Assembly: GCA_043228905.1 (NCBI GenBank)
Contig: JBHGNT010000002.1
Coordinates: 25,854,001 to 25,918,000, forward strand
From: Azolla caroliniana
Lineage: Eukaryota; Plantae; Polypodiophyta
Length of the DNA: 64,000 nucleotides
Direction: 5' to 3'
Shown: one piece after another, positions 41,056 to 53,668 of the stretch
Numbering within the stretch: position 1 is the stretch's first letter
Layout: the number at the start of each line of letters is the position of its first letter
Notes under the pieces: generated by a model
The model's database searches: none
Seen by the model: only the letters and a program-made list of their open reading frames with translations
What the model was told of the DNA's origin: nothing
Position numbers and translations under genes: made by a program

Positions 41056-42249
41056 ATTACATTAAATTCAAGTTTATATTTTTTTAATACCATTCCAAAT
41101 GATGAGAAATTTAGGAGGGCTAGGAACATTATAGCCTTAGAGGAGGTCCAACTTTTAATGCATAGAAGGTAGACACCTAGTAGTAGTGTTCATTAAGTAT
41201 TGGATAGATGGAATGAATAAGCATAGGACATCTTGAGCCTTGAGTGACTACATGCATTACACTTGCAAATACTTGACTTTTTTTGTATGAAACCATTAAA
41301 AGAACATCTTGATCGGACATCAGACATATTATTTGAGTTGTAAAAGCTTTAACTAGGCTTCTTGGACAGACATTTGGATTGGTGTTAGGTGTCAAACTCA
41401 TCGCTAATTTCTCTTAAGACAAATAAGTCTAATGTTAGAAAACATTTCCCTCAAACCTACCAACCCTACAAACATTATAGAGATGGGAGGGAAGTCGACT
41501 CCTTGCTAGAACAACTAATAGTATGAATATCATTTATCGAGTGTGGAATGCTAAACAGGCCATTATTTACAAGGCATGCCATATTTTCTTGACTTGAACA
41601 TAATTCTTGTTGAGAAGTTAGTCGTGTGTGCCCCAAATTTTTCATTAATTCTACTTTACAAAGCTAATGGATTATTTTAAGTCCAACAATCAGGAATCTA
41701 CCCAGCAAGACACAAATTCCATGTGAACTTACTTACATCTCACCACAAGGGTAGTTGTTCATTTTTCGTAATATTCTTATTTTGTGTCCCAATTGTTTTC
41801 TTTTGAATGGGAAATTTACAAAGTTTTGATTCAATAACATTGAGAAAAAATCTCTTTCATTTTTTTCCAAGAAAGATACTACATTAGTAATAAGAAAACA
41901 CCCTAAGACTATGTATACATGATATATGTACATACATTTAGGTAATGACCCCTGTGCTACAGGTGATGGAAAGAACATTCCTAGAGGTGTTCATCGTTCG
42001 TTGTACTTTTATACTCTGACTCTTTGTAGTTTTTATTGGTCTACCACGACTACAGTCTTTATAAGGTTGTTAGTGTAATAATTTTGTCATGGATGTACAA
42101 GTTATACTAATGAAGAAGATGTTTTTTTTGGGGGGGGGGGGGGGGAAATGACCCCCGTGCTAAGTTCTAACTGTCTGCTTAAATAAATACTTCGGTGTAG
42201 AGTAGAACCACTCCACCTTATCAAAATTTTGCCTGTAAAATATTCCTTT

Positions 42250-42760
42250 GTCCCATATGCCATGAAACTCCAATCGTTGTAACTCTGCCCGTTGTGTATT
42301 TACCATTTATGTTATTCAAAGAGCTATGATATTATGCTCAATCTTTGCCCAATGCCCTGAAATTATCTAGGCATGTCTTTCGGTCACATTTTAGAACATC
42401 TTCAAACATCTAACCTTCCAAATACATATGTCGAATTGTGATACTACTTACCAATGGCCATATTTTTGGTTTATTAGTCTCTATTTGTGGATTCAGAGGT
42501 ATAATTGTTTTTCGCATTACACCATGTCTCATAACAAGAGCATCTGCAACATCTTCTTGTTCATATACCATTGGTTCATCTTGTACGACCACGCATAATA
42601 TTGCCCCCCATGTATATATCGCTCAAGCATAGATTGGTATCAACAATGTTACGATTCTTTTCCTTATTTCTATCACAAAATGCTCAATAGTCATCCACTA
42701 AATTGATACAAAAAAGCACATATTGTATGCATTTATCCCTTTTCGCCAACCATTAACCGG
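42250..42760 (-). mobile_element. Decayed LTR-retrotransposon integrase remnant
   Basis: RHGVMRKTIIPLNPQ resembles the integrase segment HGI.H..T.P..PQ.NG. Heavily degenerate. Confidence 0.3.
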
Positions 42761-44539
42761 TATAGCTCTATGAACCAACAACCATTGAAAACAAACCATT
42801 TTTCTCTCATTTTTATTCTTCTAGCTCTTTCATTTTATTCTTCTAATGTTTTTTTTTACCAAAAAGAACACTACTTCACATTAGTTAGCAAATAGAATAC
42901 AACCAAGTTTAACGGAATCCATAATGGGATCAACATATACAACTCGGAGGAACAACTCCAAAACTACAACAAAAACTCACATGACCCTTAACTCCAACAA
43001 AACTGAAATAAACCCCATTTTACCCCGACTCTAGTTCTCCCAACGAACTATTTTATAACAAAGTTATATGAGTAACATGACTATGCTAACCCACTTGTGC
43101 TTCAACTATACATACATAATTACATCCCATTTACAATATTGGGAGCCATTAGCGAAAACAACCACCTAGGTGCCTAGTAATTCCACTTAGGCCTCGTTGA
43201 ATATTTGACCATCTTGGGAGAACCACCCCATTTCAGCAATAACTTTGACCTTGTCCTTTCTGCTTCATTTTATTCCCCCTAAATCAAGTCATACCATCTA
43301 TGCAACCAAGCCACAAGCTCATACCGGATATTTAACAACACTTCCCCGCATGAGAGCACTTTTTAATTATAGGGAAATCTTTTCAAGATATGCTTTATTA
43401 TTCCACTCTCTAACAATTTAGTGGCAACATAAAAGCTATAAACGTCAGAGAACCCAAGTTCAATCCTTGCAATGGGCTAGATCACGTCTCAAGGATCACA
43501 ATTGGTCTCCCTTGGATGTTAAAAATTGGAAGATAATAAACCTACTTATATGGTCTTTAATTTTGTACTATTGTTGTGACAAGACTTGAAGATGAATCCA
43601 TGAACAAGACAAGTTAATGATGAGTTAGACATTCAATGTGTTAAAGAATTGTTTGTGGTGAATATATCAAGAACCACATGACACATACACCTAAACATGT
43701 TTGAGAAAAAGGGAGAATGCACCAATGACATAAGCGCAAAATTGAGAAACTTCATGATGTTGGTCCCACTTTGATGATTTAATGGAAATACAACACATAA
43801 AAGAACCTTATGACAAAATGTTTATTTATTAAAAACTTATCATTGGATTCAATTCAATTTCGTTGACAAAGTAACCAATTAAATTCAACAATCACGTTGC
43901 TCCTTTATTCCGTGTACAAAAGTCAATATTCAATATTAGACTGATTTGACGGTATGGTTCAAATGAAAAACAAACAAATCAATGAATATCCAGTACACCT
44001 CAGCCATACACTTATGCATACATATCCCAATTTGACTTTTTCATGTTTCACATGGTTTCTCCATGCATATTCAATTGTTTGCAAATTATAGGCCGACACA
44101 AATTTTTGTTTTATAAATATAGTCAACATGTAAGAAGAGTTTTTAATGTGAATGCAAATATCTTAAAGACACATCACTCAAATTTGCCTAATTAGATCAA
44201 GTCAACAATGCCTACTTCAAATGGGGATTATATCCAATGTTATTCTTCGTCGAGACTTGAAACTAGGAATATGTAGAATCATTTGGACTTCTTGTTGTAG
44301 AAACACCAATGAATATGAAAATGTTGCCATGACATGGTACTCTTGTAGAAGTAATTTATTGATATTTGTATACAAAAAGGTAGAGTATTAATGTGGCTAC
44401 GATAGTGTTCAAACTTGAATCCATGGTGCATTGATCTTGATTTCTTGTGATGGGTAACATGCCTGCATATTGCAAACCATTCTTGTGAATGCAAGGGCAA
44501 ATTTTGGAGAAGAATGTAAAGCCTCCATTAGTGGAAATA

Positions 44540-44800
44540 AGGCTAGACACAATGCCTTTATTTAAGTTTAATACAGGCCTAGTGGCTCCACATTAGGGGG
44601 GTTCACACACCACGATGGACAAAGGAAGAGTTGACAAACATAGAGCTACATATATGAATTGGAAAATGTAGCCTTGCTCCAACAAACATTGGGATATTTT
44701 TGTTGAATCAATCTTAAAAATGACACAAAAGATGGCTTTTGATGATCTTTCTCTACTTAGATCAACTAGGGGAATGAGCATAAAAAATACATTGAAATAG
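44540..44800 (-). mobile_element. Decayed LINE reverse-transcriptase remnant
   Basis: VDLSRERSSKAIFCVIFKID resembles ..KIDFEKA, followed downstream by a degraded RQGCPL-like stretch. Confidence 0.3.
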
Positions 44801-46173
44801 TTATTTGGAGACGGTAGACAACTTTTGACTTTGGTGTAATATTTCCAATTATGAGAAGTATTCTATTGGTCAAGGTTACATCACAATAAAATGCATATAG
44901 CTAATATTGTTTTGACAAATTCATCTCAAAAGGCATAAATTTAATTATTTCAACAAGACGTATACGTTTTTTATGAACCACACCATTCACGTTGAAGTGT
45001 ATCATAGTAGGTTCTATCAATTTCATGATTAAGACATCATTGACCTCTCTAATTGCTACGCCACTTTTGATGTTTCTATTTTTTATTTCACCAAATTGAT
45101 TTTCAAATCAAGTTTTCACCTAACATATTGAGTATCACTAATTCTAAGGGTTTAGTCCTTGGACACGGCAAATCATAGTAGATTTATATCTTAAGAAAAA
45201 TTATGCGAAGTATTTCTCACAAGTTTGCAGGCAACATGCCTCACACTAGTACCAACTATGTATATTATTTGGCTTATTTTTTAATAGTCTTCTAGATTGA
45301 ACTTGACTAAAACATTAATGTATGTCATATTGAAATGAATTCTCAATTGAACGCATAGTCACACATTTCATGTTCATAAAATTAAGCACAAATTTTTAGA
45401 ATTCCTAGGCTAAAGTGCAATTATTTCATAGTTGTAAAATTACCCACAAGCATCATGTGCCAACTACTTCTAGTTTATTGCATCAACAACTTCATAACCA
45501 TGATTATTACACGTTAATGGATATCAATCGCTTCAGAACATAAAACACATAAAGAACATTCTTCAATCCTTTAAATTATGAATAATTGAAAATCAATGTT
45601 CACATCACTAGATTATCTTGAAATGCGATGTGTATCAACAATGGTCTTCACTTCTCTTGGCATGACATGCATTCTTGTCCTAACTACAAATCTTCTTTGC
45701 AACGATTAAAACATCACAACTCCATATATGATGCAAGCTTAACACACAACCTATGCGATGATACTTTGAAACTTTATCATATCAGTTATCTTCACTATCA
45801 TCATGATGCTTAAAAAATGTCCAAGTCTAAATATTTCGTTACCCAAATTCCAAGTATATATATTGATGAGATTTAACCAAATTTCGTTTATGACTCCGAT
45901 AATGCATGTTTGATGAGGTTCAAGTCTTAATGGAGAGATGGCTAGAACGACGTAACAAATTTAATTATGGGTCTAGAGATTATGAGAGGTATCCTATATG
46001 TTTAGTATATAAAACAATGCTTGTTACCTAAAACAAATCACCTAAAGTTAAATTAGGCAAAGGCTCCAATTGTGATCATCTCTAATTGACTTTACAATGC
46101 CACAACGAGTTGTTAATCTTGATACAACAATTAAATAACTTTCAACGATTCATCAATGTCTTTAATGATGATA

Positions 46174-46403
46174 CTTTCTTATTCTGTCAAAATACTCTCA
46201 ATCTTTTTTTGACATCTTTGATGGTCATTTGAGATGTTGTTTTTCGCTTACGTAGCATGAGCAGTAATTACAGTATAACATATCCTTTCTTATTCTGTCA
46301 AAATACTCTCAATCTTTTTTTGACATCTTTGATGGTCATTTGAGATGTTGTTTTTCGCTTACGTAGCATGAGCAGTAATTACAGTAATTACGTAGCATGA
46401 GCA
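46174..46403. repeat. Near-perfect tandem duplication, about 110-bp unit x2 plus a short nested repeat
   Basis: ctttcttattctgtcaaaatactctc...cgtagcatgagcagtaattacagta is identical at about 46174 and about 46284. Confidence 0.93.
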
Positions 46404-49400
46404 GGACCATGCTTGTTTTTTATTTCAGAATAACATATCCTTCCATTAGTTTTAAATGTAGGAACATGAATTGCTAAGTATTTGAAAGAGTTCATGAATT
46501 TGATAGCTTCATCCTACAAATGTTTACATGATTTTGATTATGATGCATTTAGTTTTCCCCTACATGTATTCATAAGTATCTCTTTCAAAAAATCTCTAAT
46601 AGTATGAGGTTATGTTGAAGAGTGTTGGCATCGCTTGGAAGAGCACCACATCAATTGCCTAGAGAAGTAAGTTAAACCGAATATTTAATTAAGGTTGATC
46701 CCAAAAGTTTCCAAAATTGTGCTACTTGCATGATGAAATCTTCTAAACTATGAATAGGTCAATATAGGGTGGGTCAAAGTGACATCCTTATTTTGGCCCC
46801 ATGATTGTTCCTAGACTCATCAAAGAACCCATATTGTTTTTTTTTTAAGACATGTGATACTTTGTCATAAGCCATGTTGTAGTTCAATATTCATTTTTAT
46901 ACCAAAATTTTCCTTATGTTCTCTGAGTTCCTTTTGTGTTTGTGTATTCATTCAGTTTACGTTTTTAAACTCCAATAAAGCAACGCTAAAGAGTTTCTCT
47001 TTCGAATTCATTCTCTTCCATTATGATCAAATAGGTAACAAACCGACATGTTGTAGAGTGTTTAGTTTGAACTAGATTAGCCCAATGCTTTCATTTGCCT
47101 AATTACTAATTTCCTTTTCCATGATCATATTGCATATTCTTGCAAGTGTAGTGTCTATTGTTATAGTATGGTAGTTAGAAAGCTCATTCTTAGTTCCATC
47201 ATTGTAGACAAGTTTGACCCAAAATTCACACCATTAGTTGGGAAGCTTTCTTAGCAAATGCCTTGATAAGATAAATGTATGCACATTCTTGGGTGAAAGC
47301 GCCAATCCATTTGATGTCAAGTGGATTTGTTTTTCTCTCACTAGGTAGAGAATGTATGTCATACATACAATCAACATTTTAAGTGGGTGCAAAGTGATTG
47401 ACCCTATAAGGATACCATCTTCTCTAGAAGCTCCACTAATTTCTTATTCATTGTTCCCTCAACTTGTTGGCATCGATGTTGACAACATTTTTTGCGTTCT
47501 TTATTTTGAATCATTTATTAGAGTGGAATTCTATGATCTTATGTTTGCCCCGCTTCTTAGTACCACTTTTCTTTTTGGCAATTGCTAGGAATGTTGCACG
47601 CTCACTATTAAGGAGACCATATGTTCATTTCAGTATGCCATTTTGCATGATTTCCAAGAGCTTCATCTTAAAAAGGGGGAATTTAATTTATCTCTAGATC
47701 TTGATAAGAGGTTGTGGATTGTGGTCTCCTTTTCTTTGGGGTTGGAGTCATCTATGTGAATACATGGACTTAGTTCTAGCCAATTAGGCATCTGAAATGC
47801 ATGAATTTGAACACATTGTGTTTAATTCCCTTATTAAGTCGTAACATATATCACTTTCCAGTTTGGCAATCAGGAGGAATGTTGCATGCTCCCATGTTCC
47901 ATTTAGTATGACTAATCTTGGATTTCGCATAATTCCCAAGAGTTTCTTCTAAAAAATGGAGAATATATTTTATCTCTTGAGTTCTATAGGAGGTTGGGGG
48001 TTGTTTGGCCTCCTCTTCATTCGGGTCATCTATGTGAATGCATATTTATTTCTTCACGCTCTTAAAATTTGCTAATTCTAAAAAAGCATCATCATATGGA
48101 CAATCGTCACATTGATAATATTATCCGCCAGAGGGAGCCTCCTATTTGATTTCATACTCACGAGTCGCAATACATGACGAAAATCATATTATTTTCTAAC
48201 ACCGAGATTCAAGCAAATTGGATTGACATTTCTCACAATTGAGATATGCATGCACCTTTCCTAAGAGGAGTTACCTTGTTCAACAAACTTAGAAGTTTCA
48301 TATGGCCATAAAGATCATCACTATTGTATTGGGGTTAACAAGAAGTTTATGTTTTATGGAACAAAAGAGCGGCACCGTTGGTGAAACTATCTAATAGAGA
48401 GTAGAAGTCATTTAAAAAACATGGCAAGATATATATTAGGATCTCAATTCCTGTCATATAGATTTAAAATGTATGAAATATGTAACTTAGGTATAGGGAT
48501 AAAAACTAAGAACAACTTGGGTTTCTATGTAGTTCATGAAGCGAAACACAATCATAAAGAATAATGTACTACAATGACGAGTAAGAGTGTGATGAATCAT
48601 GATTACCCATTAGGGACTTATGTAATCTGAATTTCATAGTCACTACATTGACAAGATTTGAGAAAGTTATCATTGTTGAGAACACAATAACAACTTTGCT
48701 TTGTGTTTGTCATGTCCAAATAATATGTACCATATCAAAAGCCTTATAAACAATTTAGGATTGAGAAGGTATAATTTAGTTAGAAGGCCTATGAAATCAT
48801 GGTCATTATAATGAAACAACAAGATCATACATCTAGGCTAAAAGGTTGCAAGTGACACAAAAACTAGATGTTTAACAAACATAGGCACTTATGTGTTGAT
48901 CTAACTCAAAAGTAGTTTGCACCAATAGAAGGATAAAGTTAGCAAATGCTATTACATCCTTACGATATTGAATCCTTAATTATTGTACAATGGTAATTAG
49001 AGTTTGCTAAGACCATGAGTGTCTCATTCCAAGATAAATAGATAGATGGATAGATATCTTTTTAACACCCATGGGAGATAGATTGTAATCTACGTGAGTA
49101 TTGGATGATATTATTTATAGCAAGATAATCAAGGACTAGACTTATAAGCAATAGAATATGGAAATTCATTTAGGATCAAGAACGCTTTACCATTTGGAAT
49201 TTTAAAGATGTTACGACAATAATGAGTTGTTTACTTAATTGTAAACACCAATGCTGCATTGCCAAAAGGTTGTATTTCATTTCATTTCCATGGTATTAAT
49301 ACAACTACTAAAAGAAACTTATGCTTAATTTTTATCATGGTGTATATATGTAATAATTAAACTCCATTTCGATGTGAAAAACACATAACCAAAAGGAAAA

Positions 49401-49545
49401 AGGTTGTTGTCTCAATTAGAAACTCTAAGTGTAGCATTGTGAGATACACCAAAAAGTTGCACTGGGACCTCTTCTTAACCCACTTATTTTACAACTTGAA
49501 AACCTCAAATCTAAATCAAAATTGAGTGTATCTTAAAACATCTAT

Positions 49546-52500
49546 CTAATTGGCACGACAGAGAGCATCTCCAAATCCAGTGCAACTTGATGCAAGTTTA
49601 TCGTTTTGCGATTCGTGCATAAACCTTTGCACGGGTCCAAGCAACATCCTCTTCACTGTGGGCCATGTCGATTGATACTGCAACGTTACACGACACGAGG
49701 GGTTAAGAGTTAGGGCTAGGGTTCTTCAAGTGAGGTGAGAAATGCAAAAAGAAATATGACTTGTCAAAATTAAAGGATTAGAGCCATTAAGCCATAAGAC
49801 ATTAGATACAAGCTATAAAGTAGGTTGGTTAAAACATTCGAGGGTTATTACTTCGAAGGACGAGAATCTGCAATCAGCGGACAAGACATCGGTCGTGATG
49901 TAGTCGGACTCGGAGCCATCGAGGATGACTTCGGCGGCCCGGCTGCGTTTCTTGCTCTTCGCGGCATGCAACTTCTCATACGTGCTTGTGGTCTCTTGAT
50001 AGGTTTGCCCTGTTTCACACACAAACACAACATATGTAGATAAAATAATAGACTTGATAGGTTCGTCCTGTTTCACACATAAACACAAGACACTACATAT
50101 GTAGATAACACAATAGATTTGATATGTTTGTCCTGGTTTTCACACATGGAATTTCAAACCAATGAACCTACTGAATGATTTAAGTGCAGAGGGTTTAGGG
50201 GGGTTTTACAGTTCCAAGGGTTTTTGGGATTAGGATCATATGGGTCTAGGGTTTCTAAGGTTGAGAGGTGTTAGGGTTTGCAGGATTAACGCTCTGAGGT
50301 TTAGGGTTAAAATTTAAACCATCATACCATGGCCTTTGAAATCAAATGTGAGAATGGTAAGATCATATTTACCTAGAAGCCCGTGAACTTTTGGTGAGGC
50401 CCTCAACTGAGAAACTTGGAGATTGATCTGCAAGAGGTGAGTTTATTATTAATTTCTTCCATTCGTTTTTATAAGTATTTAACCTTCACACGATTTGCCT
50501 AGAATAAATGTAGAGATAAGACATGCAATGATGGGTTTGGTGGTAGGGATAGAGAACATGGAATAAAAGAAAAAAAAAAATCTCTTTGCCATACATAGTT
50601 TTTGAAAGATCCTCGCCGTCCAAATGTTGCTTTAATAATCTTGGCCACAACGTCTAATTGGCCTTCTGCATAGATTCTTGCAGACAAGGCCCCCTTTGTT
50701 ATGGTGAGGCCACTTCTAGTGTTGATTGTGTTGTCCACACCTTTCACCTCCACCTACAAAATGATGAATTTTGGCATTCAAATTTCATGTGTATAAGGTA
50801 TTCATAAAACCCCATTGTTTTCTGTATATATGTGTTATGGAATGTTTATTGTATATCCTGTATACTCGGTTATTGTGTGTGTCTCTGTATGTGTACTTAG
50901 GTATGTATGTAGATATATATACAGTATGTGGGTAGGTTCATATACGTGTATGTGTGGATGTGGTTATGTCGGAAGGCATGTATGGATGGATGTATGTAAG
51001 TAGTAATGTAAATATAGAGGTATATATGCATGTAATTTAGGAACCTATGCATGTATTATGCTCACATTGTCTACAATGAGCTTCCATCCCTCCTCATCAT
51101 GGCTTTGAGCTTGTATCAATATCTTTTGTCCTTTATATAGAACCCCCAATGTGGAGATGAACTATCATACAAAACAAACAAAAAAATGTAGCTAATCGTT
51201 AGTTGCCTTGAATAGAAGACTTCTAGTTTTAGCTTGAGAAGAAAAAATATGGCCAAAGATACTTACAGTGGATTTCCTTAGCTTTCCATGGAAGACATGC
51301 ATGTTGATGTGGATATCTTTGTCGGAGATGACACAGTAATTTCGGCCATCTTTTCCGTGGAAATCGAAACGCTCTCCATGTTTGCCGATGAAATGAGGGT
51401 CACCGCTAACACTGCCCCGCGACGGAGGAGGAGGAGGGGCTGAGGGAACATTTTGCACTACTCCTTCTCCATTGGGAGGGGGAGTGCGGGGCAATTTCTT
51501 CTTAGGTGGAGGAGGTGGTGAGGAAGAAGAGAGTGGAGGAGATGGAGATGGAGATGGAGATGGTGGGGGTGGGAATGGTGAAGGTATATTTTGAACAATT
51601 CCTTGACCATTGGGTGGAGGAGCTTGACGGGGTTTCTTGGGGGGTGAAGAAGAAGATCTGTTAGGAGGTGTATTTGTTGAGCTGGGTGCAGGTGATGGAG
51701 AAGGTGGTGTAGGAGAAGGAACGCTTTGCACCACACCCGAGCCGGTAGGAGGGGTACGAGATGGTTTAGTCTTCGGAGGAGGTGGTGAAGCAGATGTGGT
51801 GGGAGTAGGAGCCGGTGGTGAAGATGGGGGGGGACTTTGGGAATAGCTCGGAGGGGGATTAGAGGTGCTCTTTGCAGGAGGGGATTGAGTATTTGATGGA
51901 GGTTGAGAAATTAAAGGTGGTGAACCAGCAGTAGTTGAAGGTTGATTAGCTGGTGTTGCTGCAGCAGTTGGTGGCGGGCAATCGTCTGGTTTCCATGGAC
52001 ATATTGGGGCCGGTGGCAGGACATTCAAACATGTGGCTATACACAACATAACAATGTTTTTCGTCATTCACTGGAAGGGCCCAAAGTTAGCTTTTCTCTC
52101 TAGTGACTTGTTTTGGTTAGTTTTTGATCTATTGTGTGACAAGTAAGAAGAGCTACTCTCTAGTGTTTTTCTCTGTACCATTATCTATCATCTATGTGCT
52201 CTCAAGGAGAGACATTTACTTTTGGGCAGAAAGGATCGCGTTTACCAAGATTGAGAAAAATTACTTACGTTGATTGGATTGTTGTATGCTTTTATCAACC
52301 TGCACAATTGAGCTTTCATGTTAGCTAACAATGTGGAGTAGTGGTAAAATAAGACCCAGAAGAGGGGGAAAAACTTACCGGACAAGTTATGTTGCAAGCG
52401 CCGTTGCATAGGGTATAATTGCCAGATAACTTTTGCATGTAAGGAATAGAATGATTAGGCTAAGTTACATTCTAATCTCAAGCCAAATATGTTCACAAAA

Positions 52501-53609
52501 AAATTTGGATGTTTATAAGCTGAACAACTCACATATGCAGAGAAGTCACACTTAGTAAAGGTTGCCGAAGAGCCTTTGCCAACAGAAACAGAAGGGGTGC
52601 CCTAATACATACAATAAACCGGAAAGGAGGTTTAGTAGAAGAGGCAAAATACACACATTTTTAAACTTGTGAAGAACATTGGGGAATAGCCAAAGTATAC
52701 AGTATAATACCTGTACATTGTTAGTAGAAGCAAAACTACAAGCATAAGCGTTAAGTTGAGATCCTGGTGCCAATGGAGGTGCTGTCACGACATAAATGTT
52801 GCCACCGTCTCCCTGTGTATCAATAACGAACATATGATTTGAGTACACAATGAAACTCCTTAAATACAGATATTGTTCAGTATATGAATGAATGCTTACC
52901 CTAGATGAATGCATCACGCACATGATTAAGTACATAATGAGAGGTCAATGCCGCAAAATAAAAATAAAAAGAACAAGAAATGTATTACAGTTGGGGCTGT
53001 GTTGTTGACGAAAGCTGATGTCCGGACAATGGCAGTGGTGCCAGAGGCAACGGTGTTGAGGAGGATGGCGCCGCCACTGCCTGTGGTTGCAGTGTTGTTA
53101 AGGAAGGTACACGCGGTGATATCGAGTTGCGGCCCTCCGACATAACCACATTCTGTGGATGCATCATCAGCGAAGATGGCACCCCCGGATTGGATTGCCT
53201 CATTGCGTGCGAATTCGTTGTTTGCGAACGTGGCGCAAGTCCTCACTCCACTGCATGTCTCAGCAGGGCCAGAGTTCGGGGTGGGTGGAAGTTTCTCACT
53301 CCCTCCAATGTGCACCGCACCGCCTCTGGTTGCCTGGCCAAAAAATAATCATGCTTTGATTGATTAAGTTTTTGAGAAATCGTAAAAAAAACCAAAGCTC
53401 TACTCAATTCTGGTCTCAAATTTTTTCTTGAATATGGTTGGGATTGATTGAGTGTTACCTTGTTGTTATAGAAGATGGAGTTGCTGATGAATATGGATCC
53501 TCCTGATAACACAGAAACAGCTCCTCCAGCATCCTACATAACAAACAAGGTAAACAAAAATATACAGATACAAAAATAAGCACAATAAATGAAGAGGGAT
53601 AAAGACAAG

Positions 53610-53668
<59 letters not shown>

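Noticed and set aside
49813-49851. C-terminus VITLECFNQPTL* of the chimera as given by the ORF track
   Set aside because: A GT donor after FSSFE and a downstream in-phase exon ending SCTGFGDALCRAN* fit the root-cap family C-terminus better.
52430-52532. U12-type intron suggested by a TTCCTTAC branch-like motif
   Set aside because: The donor is GTGAGT, not the U12 consensus (G/A)TATCCTT.
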